The position numbers were made by a program, and so were the translations under genes. Below are positions 31,449 to 41,104 of a DNA stretch of 64,000 nt, piece by piece; the stretch's first letter is position 1, and every line of letters begins with the position of its first letter. The stretch spans positions 512,001-576,000 of the forward strand of contig CAVPCR010000001.1 in the NCBI GenBank assembly GCA_963702435.1. Reading direction: 5' to 3'. The notes beneath the pieces are model-generated. The model was not told the DNA's origin and made no database searches. It worked only from the letters and a program-made list of their open reading frames with translations. The stretch is from Candidatus Eiseniibacteriota bacterium (lineage in GTDB: Bacteria > Eisenbacteria > RBG-16-71-46 > CAVPCR01).

Positions 31449-32502
31449 CGGCCACGCCACCCGGCACCTCGACGTGATAGATGTAGATTCCGGGTTCGAC
31501 CAGTTCTCCATCAGCGTTCTTCAGATCCCAGTCGGCCGAGCCCTGGTTCGCCGGAGCTCCTGCCGACGGGTGATCGAGCCTGCGCACGAGGTCCCCGCCG
31601 ACGGTGAAGACGCGCACGGTGGCTTCAAGGGGCAGGTTGACGAACTGGATCTTGCGCTGTCCGGGCTCGTCCCACGGTGCTGTCGAGATGTAGGGGTTGG
31701 GGATGACGGTGACGCCCCCCAGGTCGGGTGCCGCGAGCGGCGACGGATAGACCGCGGCGTCCAGGCTCGACTGCTCGATCGCATGGGCGCGGAGTGCGCC
31801 CTCCGCCTCGATCGTGCCCTGGTAGACGAACGTGGTGTCGCCGGTCGGCTGGTTCGTCACCGGGTTGATCCGCCGGCAGGGAACCTTCGTCACCTCGAGC
31901 GTGTCTCCCTCGTCGGTCGTGAAGCCGAACCGCTCCTCGTCGCCGCGGAAGAAAGGAAAGATCTCGGGCTGCGGCTGCTCGACCCACAGCGTGTCATTGA
32001 GGTTGGTGAGACACTCCGAGAACCACGTCACCGAGTAGTAATAGGGGAACCCGTTGAAGGGACTGATGCCCAAGTAACGGCGGGTCATCGCCGAGTCGCC
32101 CTCGGAGCCGGGCACCTCGATCTTCTGGTAGGCCACGACCGAATCCGGGTCGTCGAAGGCCCGGCAGGACCCGCCGGTGAACGGCCGGCAGGGCTCGTCG
32201 CTCGGCGGATCGAAGGTCCACGCCACGGGATAGCGCCGCTCGAAGCGGCGGAGCAGCATGAAGCTGGCGGGGTCGGGCGAGTTGGATCGCCAGACGCTGT
32301 ACCCGCCGAACAGGGTGTCGGCGAGCTCCGGCGCCTGGCTCCACTCGATCTCCACCCGGCGGTCCGCGCGCCGGGCTTCCGGCTGGGTCTGCGCGGCGAC
32401 CTGGGTGCAGGTGGCGAGAACGGCGAGGGAGAGCGCGCAGAAGAGCGCAGCCGCGCGACGCGCCGGCCGCGCCGAGCTCCCGATTGCGGTGATCACGGTC
32501 AT
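31417..32502 (-). CDS. Secreted protein with C-terminal FlgD-Ig/T9SS-like domain
   Basis: Signal peptide; FGGYSVWRS; PFNGFPYYYSVT; C-terminal VIPNPY...IQFVNLP...VRVFTVGGDLVRRL...WDLKNADGELVEPGIYIY. Confidence 0.75.
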   Translation of the reverse strand: MTVITAIGSSARPARRAAALFCALSLAVLATCTQVAAQTQPEARRADRRVEIEWSQAPELADTLFGGYSVWRSNSPDPASFMLLRRFERRYPVAWTFDPPSDEPCRPFTGGSCRAFDDPDSVVAYQKIEVPGSEGDSAMTRRYLGISPFNGFPYYYSVTWFSECLTNLNDTLWVEQPQPEIFPFFRGDEERFGFTTDEGDTLEVTKVPCRRINPVTNQPTGDTTFVYQGTIEAEGALRAHAIEQSSLDAAVYPSPLAAPDLGGVTVIPNPYISTAPWDEPGQRKIQFVNLPLEATVRVFTVGGDLVRRLDHPSAGAPANQGSADWDLKNADGELVEPGIYIYHVEVPGGVADDIGRLVIVR

Positions 32503-32521
32503 CCTCCCCTTCGTCCTCTCC

Positions 32522-34726
32522 CTAGTTCGCAAGGAGCCAGCGGATGGAGGCCAGCATAATCCCGTCCACCTTGTCCGGCGGGAAGAAGTAGACCGGGAAG
32601 CCGAACATCATGAGCCGGCCCTGCCCCGGTCCCGCGTAGCGGAAGGCGCAGGCCGCATCATCCAGATAGGACGCATTCGGCGGTCCGAGCTGGGCGCGGG
32701 CGTTCGAGACATAGTAGTACAGGGTATCCAGCTGGCCGCCGAATTGGGCGAGCCGCGGATTGATGTCGAGGCCGAACGGCACCACCATGCCCTCGCAATC
32801 GGGGATGCCGGAGTTCGCCGACGTGTACGGCGGCCGGAAAACGCCGACATGGGGATAGCCCTCGGCCACGGCCAGCGGATGCGCGTACAAGCTGTCGAGC
32901 CCGTGCACGCGCTTGAGAGCCGTGTTGCGCCCAGACACGCGGAAGCACCCGTTCGCGCAGTCCGGCCCCAGGAACACCGATTCGATCTTCTCGAAGTCGT
33001 ATGGGGTGTCCCGCGGCACGAAGCCGAACAGCGAGAGCCCCACCGCCTCCCCCTGGTAGATCGTGCGGGAGAAGGCGCCGGTGCCCATGAGCAGGGTGGA
33101 TCCCCCCGACTCGAGGAACACGGCGAAGTAGTTATCCTCGCCCTCCTGGTGCATCCGGTAGAGTTGGGTGGTGCCTTCGGACCTCGTGTTCCAGATCACC
33201 GTCTTGTACCGGGCCAGGACCTCGAGGGTGACCGGCCCCGTGTAGACCCAGTAGCTGTAGGTGGTCGAGTCGATCTCGACCTGGGACCGGCTGGTGAGGA
33301 TGCCGGTTCGTGAATCCAGCGGCTCGTAGCGATCGACCACCCAGTCGGGGTGACCGAGCGCCACGAGCGCATCACCGATCCGATCCTGGATGTACTGGTC
33401 GTGACACTGATCGTGCGGGAAGTCGGAGCTCGGACTGATCTCGCCCGCCGGTGGCGGCGGCACGCAGTCGCTCGGCGCACTGCCGCGCACGTCCGGCCCG
33501 AAGTCGTCCACGTAGAGGATGTCGCGATCCCGACTGAGCGGCACGACCACGAGCGTGAGATCGGCGATGATCGTGGTCCCGACGTCGTCCCGCGCCCGGA
33601 CGTAGAACACGTGCTCCTCGGTCCGTCCGTCGGGCGGCAGGTCGAAGCGGAGAGTCGTCCGCGTGCTCGTCGCGCTCTCCGGGGACCAGCCGGGGTCGTT
33701 GCCGAAGGGATCGAGCAGATCGAGCCCATACGAGTAGCCCGTGATGCGGCCGCCGTAGCGGGAAGCGTCCGCCTCCCAGGTGAAGGTCACGTTCGAGCTG
33801 GCCGGAATCTGGAAGGTCTTCTTCCGATCGTCGGCCGTCGGGTAGCAAGTGGTCTTGACCGAGCTCGACACGCAGAGATCGGGCAGGCCGCCGGATTCGC
33901 GGGCACGGATGCGGAGGATGTTGGTCGGCCCCGGCGACTCCGACGTGCGGAGCCGCGGCTCTATCGCCCCGGCCTGGTCGAGCGCGCGCACGCCGAAGAG
34001 GTAGTCCTCGGGAACGAGCAGCGGACCGATCGGCGCGGAAGTGCGGGCCTCGAAAGGACTCCAGGGGTCGCCCGCCGAGGTGGGGTCGAAGAGCGTGGAC
34101 TCGACCTGCGCCGGCGTGAGGAGCACCACGTTCTGGACGCGGACCACCCGGTAGGAGTACGCCACCGGGTTCTCGGTGCCGTCGAGATCGGTCCCTGACC
34201 AGGTCACGGTGAACTGGGGCCCCAGCTCGACGATGACTGAAGTGGACGGGTTGGTGATCTGGGTCTCGGGGGCGATGGTTTCGGCGGTGAAGGAGAGCGC
34301 CACCGGGGGGGAGACGGCGTCGTCGTCGTCGATGGCCTTCAGGAAGAAGGTGTGCGCGTCGCGGTAACGATAGCGCTCGAAGGGAACGTCGGAGATGCCG
34401 ACGTAGAAGGAGTCGACTCCGGCCGAATCGGTGGCCGTGAAGAGGAGCGTGAGCTCGTACGAGGTGGTCGTGAACCAGGCGTCCGGGCTCAGCGTGTCGT
34501 CGATGGCATAGATGAAGCGCTCGACCTGCCCGTCCACGTCCGAGGCATTCCAGTTGAACGTCACGATGAAGATGTTCACCGAGTCGCGGATCGGCCCGGC
34601 CGAGATGGCCACGGCCGGCCGCTGGTTCGGTATGGGCACGTCGGTCGGGGACTCTGCGCAGGACCCGATGAGCCAGGCCGCGAGGACCGCCGCCACGAGC
34701 CCGAGGAGCGTGAGGTGCGCGCGCAT
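32522..34726 (-). CDS. Lipoprotein with Ig/FN3-like repeats and C-terminal alpha/beta domain (paralog of 29217..31448)
   Basis: Lipobox IGSC; same architecture as 29217..31448. Confidence 0.75.
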   Translation of the reverse strand: MRAHLTLLGLVAAVLAAWLIGSCAESPTDVPIPNQRPAVAISAGPIRDSVNIFIVTFNWNASDVDGQVERFIYAIDDTLSPDAWFTTTSYELTLLFTATDSAGVDSFYVGISDVPFERYRYRDAHTFFLKAIDDDDAVSPPVALSFTAETIAPETQITNPSTSVIVELGPQFTVTWSGTDLDGTENPVAYSYRVVRVQNVVLLTPAQVESTLFDPTSAGDPWSPFEARTSAPIGPLLVPEDYLFGVRALDQAGAIEPRLRTSESPGPTNILRIRARESGGLPDLCVSSSVKTTCYPTADDRKKTFQIPASSNVTFTWEADASRYGGRITGYSYGLDLLDPFGNDPGWSPESATSTRTTLRFDLPPDGRTEEHVFYVRARDDVGTTIIADLTLVVVPLSRDRDILYVDDFGPDVRGSAPSDCVPPPPAGEISPSSDFPHDQCHDQYIQDRIGDALVALGHPDWVVDRYEPLDSRTGILTSRSQVEIDSTTYSYWVYTGPVTLEVLARYKTVIWNTRSEGTTQLYRMHQEGEDNYFAVFLESGGSTLLMGTGAFSRTIYQGEAVGLSLFGFVPRDTPYDFEKIESVFLGPDCANGCFRVSGRNTALKRVHGLDSLYAHPLAVAEGYPHVGVFRPPYTSANSGIPDCEGMVVPFGLDINPRLAQFGGQLDTLYYYVSNARAQLGPPNASYLDDAACAFRYAGPGQGRLMMFGFPVYFFPPDKVDGIMLASIRWLLAN

Positions 34727-34758
34727 CTTGAGCTCTTTCCTCTAGGGAATTCCGGAGC

Positions 34759-36207
34759 CTACTCCAAGACCGTGAAGGACACGGTGAGCGAATCGGATCG
34801 CCGGCCCGGATCGGCGACCGTGTACAGGATCGCGTTCTGGCCGGCAGGCGGGAAGTCGAACTCGTACACGAGCTCGCTTTCGCCGTTGACGGGGCCGACG
34901 ACGAGGCCGTACCGGCCGTTCAGCACCGCCCGGTACGACATGGCGGCGGGCGGGGACTCGATGTCGTCAGCGGCGAAGCGCACGACCAGCTTCCCGTCCG
35001 GTGTTGCGATCGACGAGTCGATGACGGCGCCCGAGCCGGGGAAGAGCGCCGACTGACGCAAGCGCGGAGTGAAGTTGACCTTGAACTTGAAGCCGGCCGG
35101 CGTCCCATCCGACTTCCCTTCCCTGTCGTGGCTGCGCGCGAACACCTCGTAGTCGTTTGAGGTGAAGTAGGCCGCCAGGGTGTCCGGATTGCTGGGCGGC
35201 GCGATGGGCAGGCTGATGAAGTCCGCGGCGAAGGGCACCGAGAAGGGGCCGAAGCGGGAAGAGCAGCGCACGATGTCGGTACGCACGATGCGGTAGGAGA
35301 ATCCCGTCACCTCGCCGTCCGCGTCGTTGCCCTCGAAGAAGAAGATGACCCGGCTCGAGTCCCGGATGGTCGGGACCTCCTCCGGCCAGTCGCAGGGCTC
35401 CCACGCCCCCTGCCCGGCCGTGAAATCGAGCTGCGCGCCGTCCACGACCACGCTCGTGAAGCGGCTGTCCGGCTCGTAGTTGACGACCCAGGACCAGACG
35501 GCCGGATCGAGGGACTCGGCGCCGGCGTTATCCACCGCCTCGACCAGGAACTCGTAGAAACCGCTCGGCAGATTGGAATAGGTGGCGCTGGTCGAATCGG
35601 CCGGGATCTCGCTGAAGTTGTTCTCAGTCGAAAGCTTGATGCGATAGGCGCTGATCGAACCGCCGAGATCGGCATCGGTCGCCGACCACTGGATGCGCAC
35701 GCTCGAGCCGGCGGTCGGCATGGTGTCGTTGAGCGCGAGTGACGTGGTCTCGCCGTTCACGGTCTTGGTCGCGTCCGCGATGTAGGGCAGCGGGCGGCTG
35801 CTGTCCACCGCATTGAAGTACTTGCGGTCCGGCGTCGGGTCCCGCTCGCCCTCGTTATCGACGGCGAACACCCACACCGCGTGGGAGAGGACGACCTCGT
35901 TGTTGGCGATGAACTCGATGATCGAGTCGGTGCGCGTGGTCCGGCGGTAATCGCGGAGCACCGGGACGATGTTCGAGTCGGTGACGGCGATCCCGTATTC
36001 GACCACTTCGCCGTCGGGATCGAACCCCGACCAGAAGACGTGGATGCGGTGATACGCGTTGGCGCTGTCGAGCGGTGCTCCCGAGATGTTGGTCTCCGGC
36101 GCCTGGTTGGGCACGACGCGCGTCTGCTCCGGCTCGGGCGTGCAGGCCAGATGCAGGCCGACGAGGAGGAAGGCGAAAAGCGCCCACAACGAGAGCGCTT
36201 GCTTCAT
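34759..36207 (-). CDS. Lipoprotein with tandem Ig-like (Y_Y_Y/PKD-like) repeats
   Basis: Lipobox-like HLAC; NQAPETNI, WSGFDPDGEV, WSATDADLGG, FEGNDADGEV repeats; alternative GTG start at 36231. Confidence 0.72.
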   Translation of the reverse strand: MKQALSLWALFAFLLVGLHLACTPEPEQTRVVPNQAPETNISGAPLDSANAYHRIHVFWSGFDPDGEVVEYGIAVTDSNIVPVLRDYRRTTRTDSIIEFIANNEVVLSHAVWVFAVDNEGERDPTPDRKYFNAVDSSRPLPYIADATKTVNGETTSLALNDTMPTAGSSVRIQWSATDADLGGSISAYRIKLSTENNFSEIPADSTSATYSNLPSGFYEFLVEAVDNAGAESLDPAVWSWVVNYEPDSRFTSVVVDGAQLDFTAGQGAWEPCDWPEEVPTIRDSSRVIFFFEGNDADGEVTGFSYRIVRTDIVRCSSRFGPFSVPFAADFISLPIAPPSNPDTLAAYFTSNDYEVFARSHDREGKSDGTPAGFKFKVNFTPRLRQSALFPGSGAVIDSSIATPDGKLVVRFAADDIESPPAAMSYRAVLNGRYGLVVGPVNGESELVYEFDFPPAGQNAILYTVADPGRRSDSLTVSFTVLE

Positions 36208-36377
36208 CGTCTGAGATGTGGGGCTGGTCACTTCTGCTCGAATCCCTTCGCTCGAGGCGTGCGGCGAAGCCTGACCTCAAGAGCACCTCGGGTCCTTCGC
36301 GAGAACGCGCGCCCGAGGCTGGCTGAAAGCCGTGGGGATCAGCTTCCGGCGGGAATGGCCGCGTAAAAGGCCGCGGG

Positions 36378-36406
36378 ACGGTAACAAGCCGTCATCCGGC
36401 TGTCAA
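36378..36406 (-). promoter_or_regulatory. Sigma70-type promoter of the lipoprotein/glycosyltransferase operon
   Basis: TTGACA-N17-TACCGT with extended -10 TG on the minus strand. Confidence 0.55.
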
Positions 36407-36636
36407 TGATCACGGTCGCCGGCCACCCCTTTGTGTAGCTGCCCATGACACACCCTCACCGCCCGGCCGCGGCCGGCTGTCGATAGGAGTTAACGGAACG
36501 GACCCGCCGGGTTCCGGCCGCTCCGCGCCGGGCCGGGGGAAGGCGCGAGGACACCCGCGCTCCGAGCCGGGGACCGCGGGGGAGAGCCGGCCGCGGATGG
36601 GGGCCGGACGCCGGGAAGGGGCCCGGATGCGCAACG

Positions 36637-36682
36637 GAGAAGAAGCGACGGGCCGGGAGCCCCGCGAGGGACTCCCGGCCCG
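36637..36682 (-). terminator. Intrinsic terminator after the 1,168-aa gene
   Basis: Long GC stem cgggccgggag...ctcccggcccg with 4-nt loop, followed by a pyrimidine-rich tail on the minus strand. Confidence 0.6.
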
Positions 36683-36716
36683 CCTTTCGGTCCTTCCGTC
36701 GTCGGGAAGCCGGACC

Positions 36717-39700
36717 CTACTTGAGGATCACGAGCTTCTTCGACGAGGTGAAGCCGGGCGCGTCGATCTGGTAGAAGAAGACGCCCGAGCCGACATGCTG
36801 GCCACCGTCGTTCAGGCCGTTCCAGACGGCTTCGAACGGCGAGGTCGCCGGCTCCTGGACCTCATCCACCAGGCTCCGCACCAGACGCCCGCTGACGTCG
36901 AAGATCTTGAGCGACACGTGCCCCTTCTGGGCGATCGTGTAGCGGATCGTCGCCGACGGGTTGGCCGGGTTCGGCTGCGCCTGATAGAGCTCGTTCACGA
37001 ACCGTGGCGCCTCGGCCGGATCCACACCGATGACCGTGGTGTTGATCGGGCATCCGGCCCACGTGAAGAGGTCGATCACGAGCTCGGCATTCTCCCCGTT
37101 GATCTTGTAGTCGTCGAACAGGCACTGATCCGTGCAGTTCAACGGATAGAGCTCCGCGAACGCGAAGGCCATCGACGCCGAGTGCTGGCACGTCGCCGTG
37201 GTGTTACGGCGGCGAACCACGTTCAGCCACGCCGGCCGATCGATGTCGTCCGCGCAGTTGACCGGATCATCGCCGTCCTCGAGCGACTCGACGAAGTGCG
37301 TCACCGCCTCGCCGCCCGAGACCGTCGCGTACACGTCGACGTTGATGTCGTCCGAGCACCCGGTGCCGAGGATCTCGGCATCGTCGAACCGATCTGCCGG
37401 GCGGCTGGTCGTGATGCGAGCGCAGCGCCGGAGATCGTTCGCCGCCAGGTTCTGGGCATAGTCATTGCTCAGCACGTCCACGCCGCGGTTCGAGAGGAAC
37501 TGCGGGCCGTTGGTCGTGTTGACGTCGATGAACGACGCCCAGCTCGAACCCTCGAGGACGAGGAGACGGTTGTTCCCGGCCGTGCACCCGCCGATCCAGG
37601 TCTCGAGCTTCTGCTGGTCGATCGACGACTGCCCGCCGAAGAGGGACAGCGTGCGCCGGTCGCTGAGCATGACGCCCGAGTCGAGGAGACCGCCGGTGTA
37701 CCAGATGCAGTCGTACCCGTTCAGCATCTGATCAGTGGCGCCGTTCGAGGGCGGACGCGGCTGCTGAGTCGGCCGGTCCTCACGGCGTCCGATCGTGTCG
37801 TAGCTCGTGGTGTAGTTGGTGCTGACTGCGTCGTAGGTGTCGAACTCGAGCCCGAGAGCCCCGAGGGTCGCGTTGAGACGCGCCTTCTGGATCGTGGCCC
37901 GGCCCGGCACGCCGCCGGTCGCGTAGTCGTTGACGATCAGCATGCTGTTGGCGTAGGTGCCGTCGCACGCCGGCGTCAGCTCGGGAAGGTTGTTGATCTG
38001 GAGCCAGTAGTCCTTCCAGTTCGCGGACGTCCTGACGAAGCTCCGGTTCTTGCCGAAGGGGAACGTGGCGAGGACGTTGCCGGCACCGCCACCCGAGGCC
38101 GTGCGCGCCTCGAAGAAGTAGTAGACGTTCGTCCCGGCCGTGAATAGCCCGTCCGGAAGGATGTCGTCGCACGGCTCGACCGCCGGCGGCGCGCCCGTCC
38201 AGAACGTGCCGTTACGCGGATCGAGCTCGTGGAAGCAGGTCATCCAGACGCCGTCCTGAGTCGAGCCGTTGGTGAGCGACTGGGCCGTATCCATCCGCGC
38301 AGCATGCCACGTCAGGTTGTTCGGGTAGGTCCCCGAAGCCGTCGGCGGGAACGCGACGAAGAACGGATGCGTCAGGTTCGGCTGGCACGCGCCACGCTCG
38401 ACCGCCCACCGCAGGAAGACCGCGGTGTTCGGAGCGGCGATGGCCGTGGCCGCCGTGTCGGCGCGCACCCAGCGCAGCGGGTTCTCGACACCGAGCTGCA
38501 TGGCCAGGCTGTACGACGCGTCGGTGCGGTTGGTCGCGGTCAACGGGAAGCCCGTGTTGGTGGTCGGGAAGTTGTCCGCGAACCGATCGAGCGTGTTCGA
38601 CAGCATGGCGAGGCCGGCCGGGTCGTAGACACCGAAGCGCACGTTGTCGAAGAACGGCGCGCCGTTGTCGTTGATGTCGCAGGTGGCATCGGACCGGCAC
38701 TGCGAGAGAGCGCCGAGCATGACGATCACCGAGTCGGCATCGGCCGGCAGGAACGCCGAGCAGTCGAAGAACACGTCCTTCGCGCAGGTGGTGTTGGTAC
38801 CCTGCGAGAAGAGCTGTGCATGCTCTTCCTGCTCCGTCGTCCAGTTGAAGACGGTGCCGAAGCCCGGCTCGCCGGAGGACGGCGTGTACGGGCAGTTGAA
38901 GGCATTGAAGGGCCAGTAGAACCACGCGAACTGCGGACCGGTCTCGAAGAGGCCGGAGCCGCCGTCCAGGTACCAGTCGACCTTGAACAAACGCCCGGCG
39001 TCGCCGTCCAGATCCGGCAGCGAAGGACCGCCGATCGCGAACGCAGGCGAGCGCATGTGGCTGCTCTGGAACGCGTCGTTCATGTCCAGGTCGTCCTTGT
39101 CCGCGAAGAGCATGATCCGGTTCTCGAGACCGTTCGTCTCGGGACACTCGCAGACGAGCGGCGCCGACAGATTGGCGACCCGCTCGAGACGCCCCGCCGG
39201 CCGGTTGGGATCGGTCGTGATGTCGAAGTCGAAGCCCTCGTAGGCCTTCGGCTGCCAGCCATCCCAACCCGACTCGAACGTCGAGAGCGCGCCGTCCGGC
39301 ACGTTGTTCTTGAGCAGCTGGATGTTGTCCACCTGCCATGCCCACATGTAGTTGCCGCCCACGTTGTCGTCGGCGACGAGAGCATCCGAGGCCAGGCGGA
39401 ACCGGACATACAGCGTGCCCGCATTGTTCGAGGGCCAGGTGATCAGGTTCGCGACGTCGGCGCCGCCCGCCGGGGACGGCTGCGGATCGGGGAAGCTGCC
39501 GCCCGAATACATGCCGTTCGCATTCGAGGCGTTACCAACCTGGTCCCAGAAGATCCCGTCGAAGGAGATCTCGACCCAGCAGCTATCCCAGCCGGCCTCG
39601 GTCGCATACCGGTGGGTGAAGCTGATGTCGTACACGGCGCCCAGGTTCCCGGCCGCGACCGGGAAGGCCTTCTGGAAGCCCTGCGACCAGCCGGAACCGT

Positions 39701-40223
39701 AGCCGCGAGTCTGCGTCCAGCCGCAGTGCTCGGGATTCAGTCGGAGATTGCTCGCGATCCACATGGACCAGCCGCCGATCAGCGGGTTGGGGCCGTCGTC
39801 CTCGCCGTCGTTGGCGTGGGTCGTGGCCCGGTGCGCCATACCGCCGGTGTCGTCATTGAAGTTGTAGACGCCTGCGGTGCTCCAGTGACCGCCGGTGTTC
39901 TGGGACGGACCCCGGCGAGCCGTGCGGTCATCGAAGATCCATCCATCCCGGTACTGATTGCCGACCGGGTCGCCGTCCACGAAGAACTGCGCAGGCTCGC
40001 CCGAGGCGGCCTCCCAGTTCCAGGTGCCGCCGATCACGATGGTCCCGTTTCCGGTGCCGCTACCACCGAACCAGGTGGTGTCGGCAATGTCGCCCACGTG
40101 ACCATCGGGCTGAGTCAGAAACTCCGAGTCATTCGAATAGCTCATGAGCTTCTGGTTCATGGCGGATGTGGAGGCGACGCAGACGGTCAGCAATGCCGCC
40201 GTCAGCACAAGTACATTCCTCAT
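36717..40223 (-). CDS. Large Cys-rich secreted protein with M6/MAM-like beta-sandwich and C-terminal FlgD-Ig domain
   Basis: Signal peptide; FTHRYATEAGWDSCWVEIS; more than 20 Cys; C-terminal LYQAQPNPANP...LKIFDVSGRLVRSL...WNGLNDGGQHVGSGVFFY...KKLVILK; GGAGG RBS. Confidence 0.82.
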   Translation of the reverse strand: MRNVLVLTAALLTVCVASTSAMNQKLMSYSNDSEFLTQPDGHVGDIADTTWFGGSGTGNGTIVIGGTWNWEAASGEPAQFFVDGDPVGNQYRDGWIFDDRTARRGPSQNTGGHWSTAGVYNFNDDTGGMAHRATTHANDGEDDGPNPLIGGWSMWIASNLRLNPEHCGWTQTRGYGSGWSQGFQKAFPVAAGNLGAVYDISFTHRYATEAGWDSCWVEISFDGIFWDQVGNASNANGMYSGGSFPDPQPSPAGGADVANLITWPSNNAGTLYVRFRLASDALVADDNVGGNYMWAWQVDNIQLLKNNVPDGALSTFESGWDGWQPKAYEGFDFDITTDPNRPAGRLERVANLSAPLVCECPETNGLENRIMLFADKDDLDMNDAFQSSHMRSPAFAIGGPSLPDLDGDAGRLFKVDWYLDGGSGLFETGPQFAWFYWPFNAFNCPYTPSSGEPGFGTVFNWTTEQEEHAQLFSQGTNTTCAKDVFFDCSAFLPADADSVIVMLGALSQCRSDATCDINDNGAPFFDNVRFGVYDPAGLAMLSNTLDRFADNFPTTNTGFPLTATNRTDASYSLAMQLGVENPLRWVRADTAATAIAAPNTAVFLRWAVERGACQPNLTHPFFVAFPPTASGTYPNNLTWHAARMDTAQSLTNGSTQDGVWMTCFHELDPRNGTFWTGAPPAVEPCDDILPDGLFTAGTNVYYFFEARTASGGGAGNVLATFPFGKNRSFVRTSANWKDYWLQINNLPELTPACDGTYANSMLIVNDYATGGVPGRATIQKARLNATLGALGLEFDTYDAVSTNYTTSYDTIGRREDRPTQQPRPPSNGATDQMLNGYDCIWYTGGLLDSGVMLSDRRTLSLFGGQSSIDQQKLETWIGGCTAGNNRLLVLEGSSWASFIDVNTTNGPQFLSNRGVDVLSNDYAQNLAANDLRRCARITTSRPADRFDDAEILGTGCSDDINVDVYATVSGGEAVTHFVESLEDGDDPVNCADDIDRPAWLNVVRRRNTTATCQHSASMAFAFAELYPLNCTDQCLFDDYKINGENAELVIDLFTWAGCPINTTVIGVDPAEAPRFVNELYQAQPNPANPSATIRYTIAQKGHVSLKIFDVSGRLVRSLVDEVQEPATSPFEAVWNGLNDGGQHVGSGVFFYQIDAPGFTSSKKLVILK

Positions 40224-40815
40224 CGTTGGTCCTCCATCGTCGATGAGCCACTCCCGCCGCCTCTCTGGCAGCCGGAGTTAGTCCAAGCTGGTGGCCCAGC
40301 CTCCCTCCAGGGAAGAGGTCCCGGAGCCGGGCGGGGCCGCTCGCGCGACCTGCTGTTTGCTCTTTTTTGGCGTCAGAGCTTCCGATAACCGGTCACGAAA
40401 GCGCTCTCGTCGAGATCATTCCTCCACGAGGGGCCCGATTCCCTGGCCCGGCGAACCAGGTCCGAGAAACGAACGCCCGGTAGATCCACTGCGACTGCCG
40501 AGAACCTCGGTGCGGGCCACAAATCAGTGCGCAATCGGCTGCGTTCCCTCAGCATCCATTCCGGCGACCGGGGCCGTCCGCCGATCCGGGAGAAACCCGG
40601 TACGGGCGGGGTTCGTACCACCAGCAAGGAGGGGAGCCAGGATCGCGCTCTCTCCTCCCTGAGTCGGTGCTGGCCCGGGCCTCCGGAAGCGGTGCTCAAC
40701 GAAGCAGCTCTAGACCACGATCAAGTCACGTGGCGCGGATCTCTCTGGAGTGGGGACGGCTTGAGAGACCGCGGACTGGATATGGGCTTGACCTGGGTCT
40801 GAACCCGCATGTGGA

Positions 40816-40845
40816 AATATAGCACAGCCCGGGACGGAGTGTCAA
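40816..40845 (-). promoter_or_regulatory. Strong sigma70-type promoter ~590 nt upstream of the 1,168-aa gene
   Basis: TTGACA-N18-TATATT with extended TGn on the minus strand. Confidence 0.6.
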
Positions 40846-41104
40846 TGCGCCCTCTTCGCAGGGAGTTAGCGCCGCGGGACGATGCTCGGCCGAACCCATC
40901 CGGGCGCGGTGCCCTCCGGTGAACCTGGTCGGCCGCCCGCCGGCTTTGACGATCTGGAGCGTAGTCTGCTAGCGTGGCCGAGCCTCGGACGCTCGACGGG
41001 ACACCATCGGCGACGGGTCGCTCGCTGGTCGGACCCGAGAGGCGGGGCACGGCGACCTGCCGTCCAGACAAAAACCCGGAAACAGCCAGAGCCCTTCCAT
41101 AACA

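Noticed and set aside
40224..40810. Known riboswitch (cobalamin, TPP, SAM, c-di-GMP) or small ORFs in the long leader
   Set aside because: No consensus elements recognised by eye; the short ORFs lack RBS or motif support
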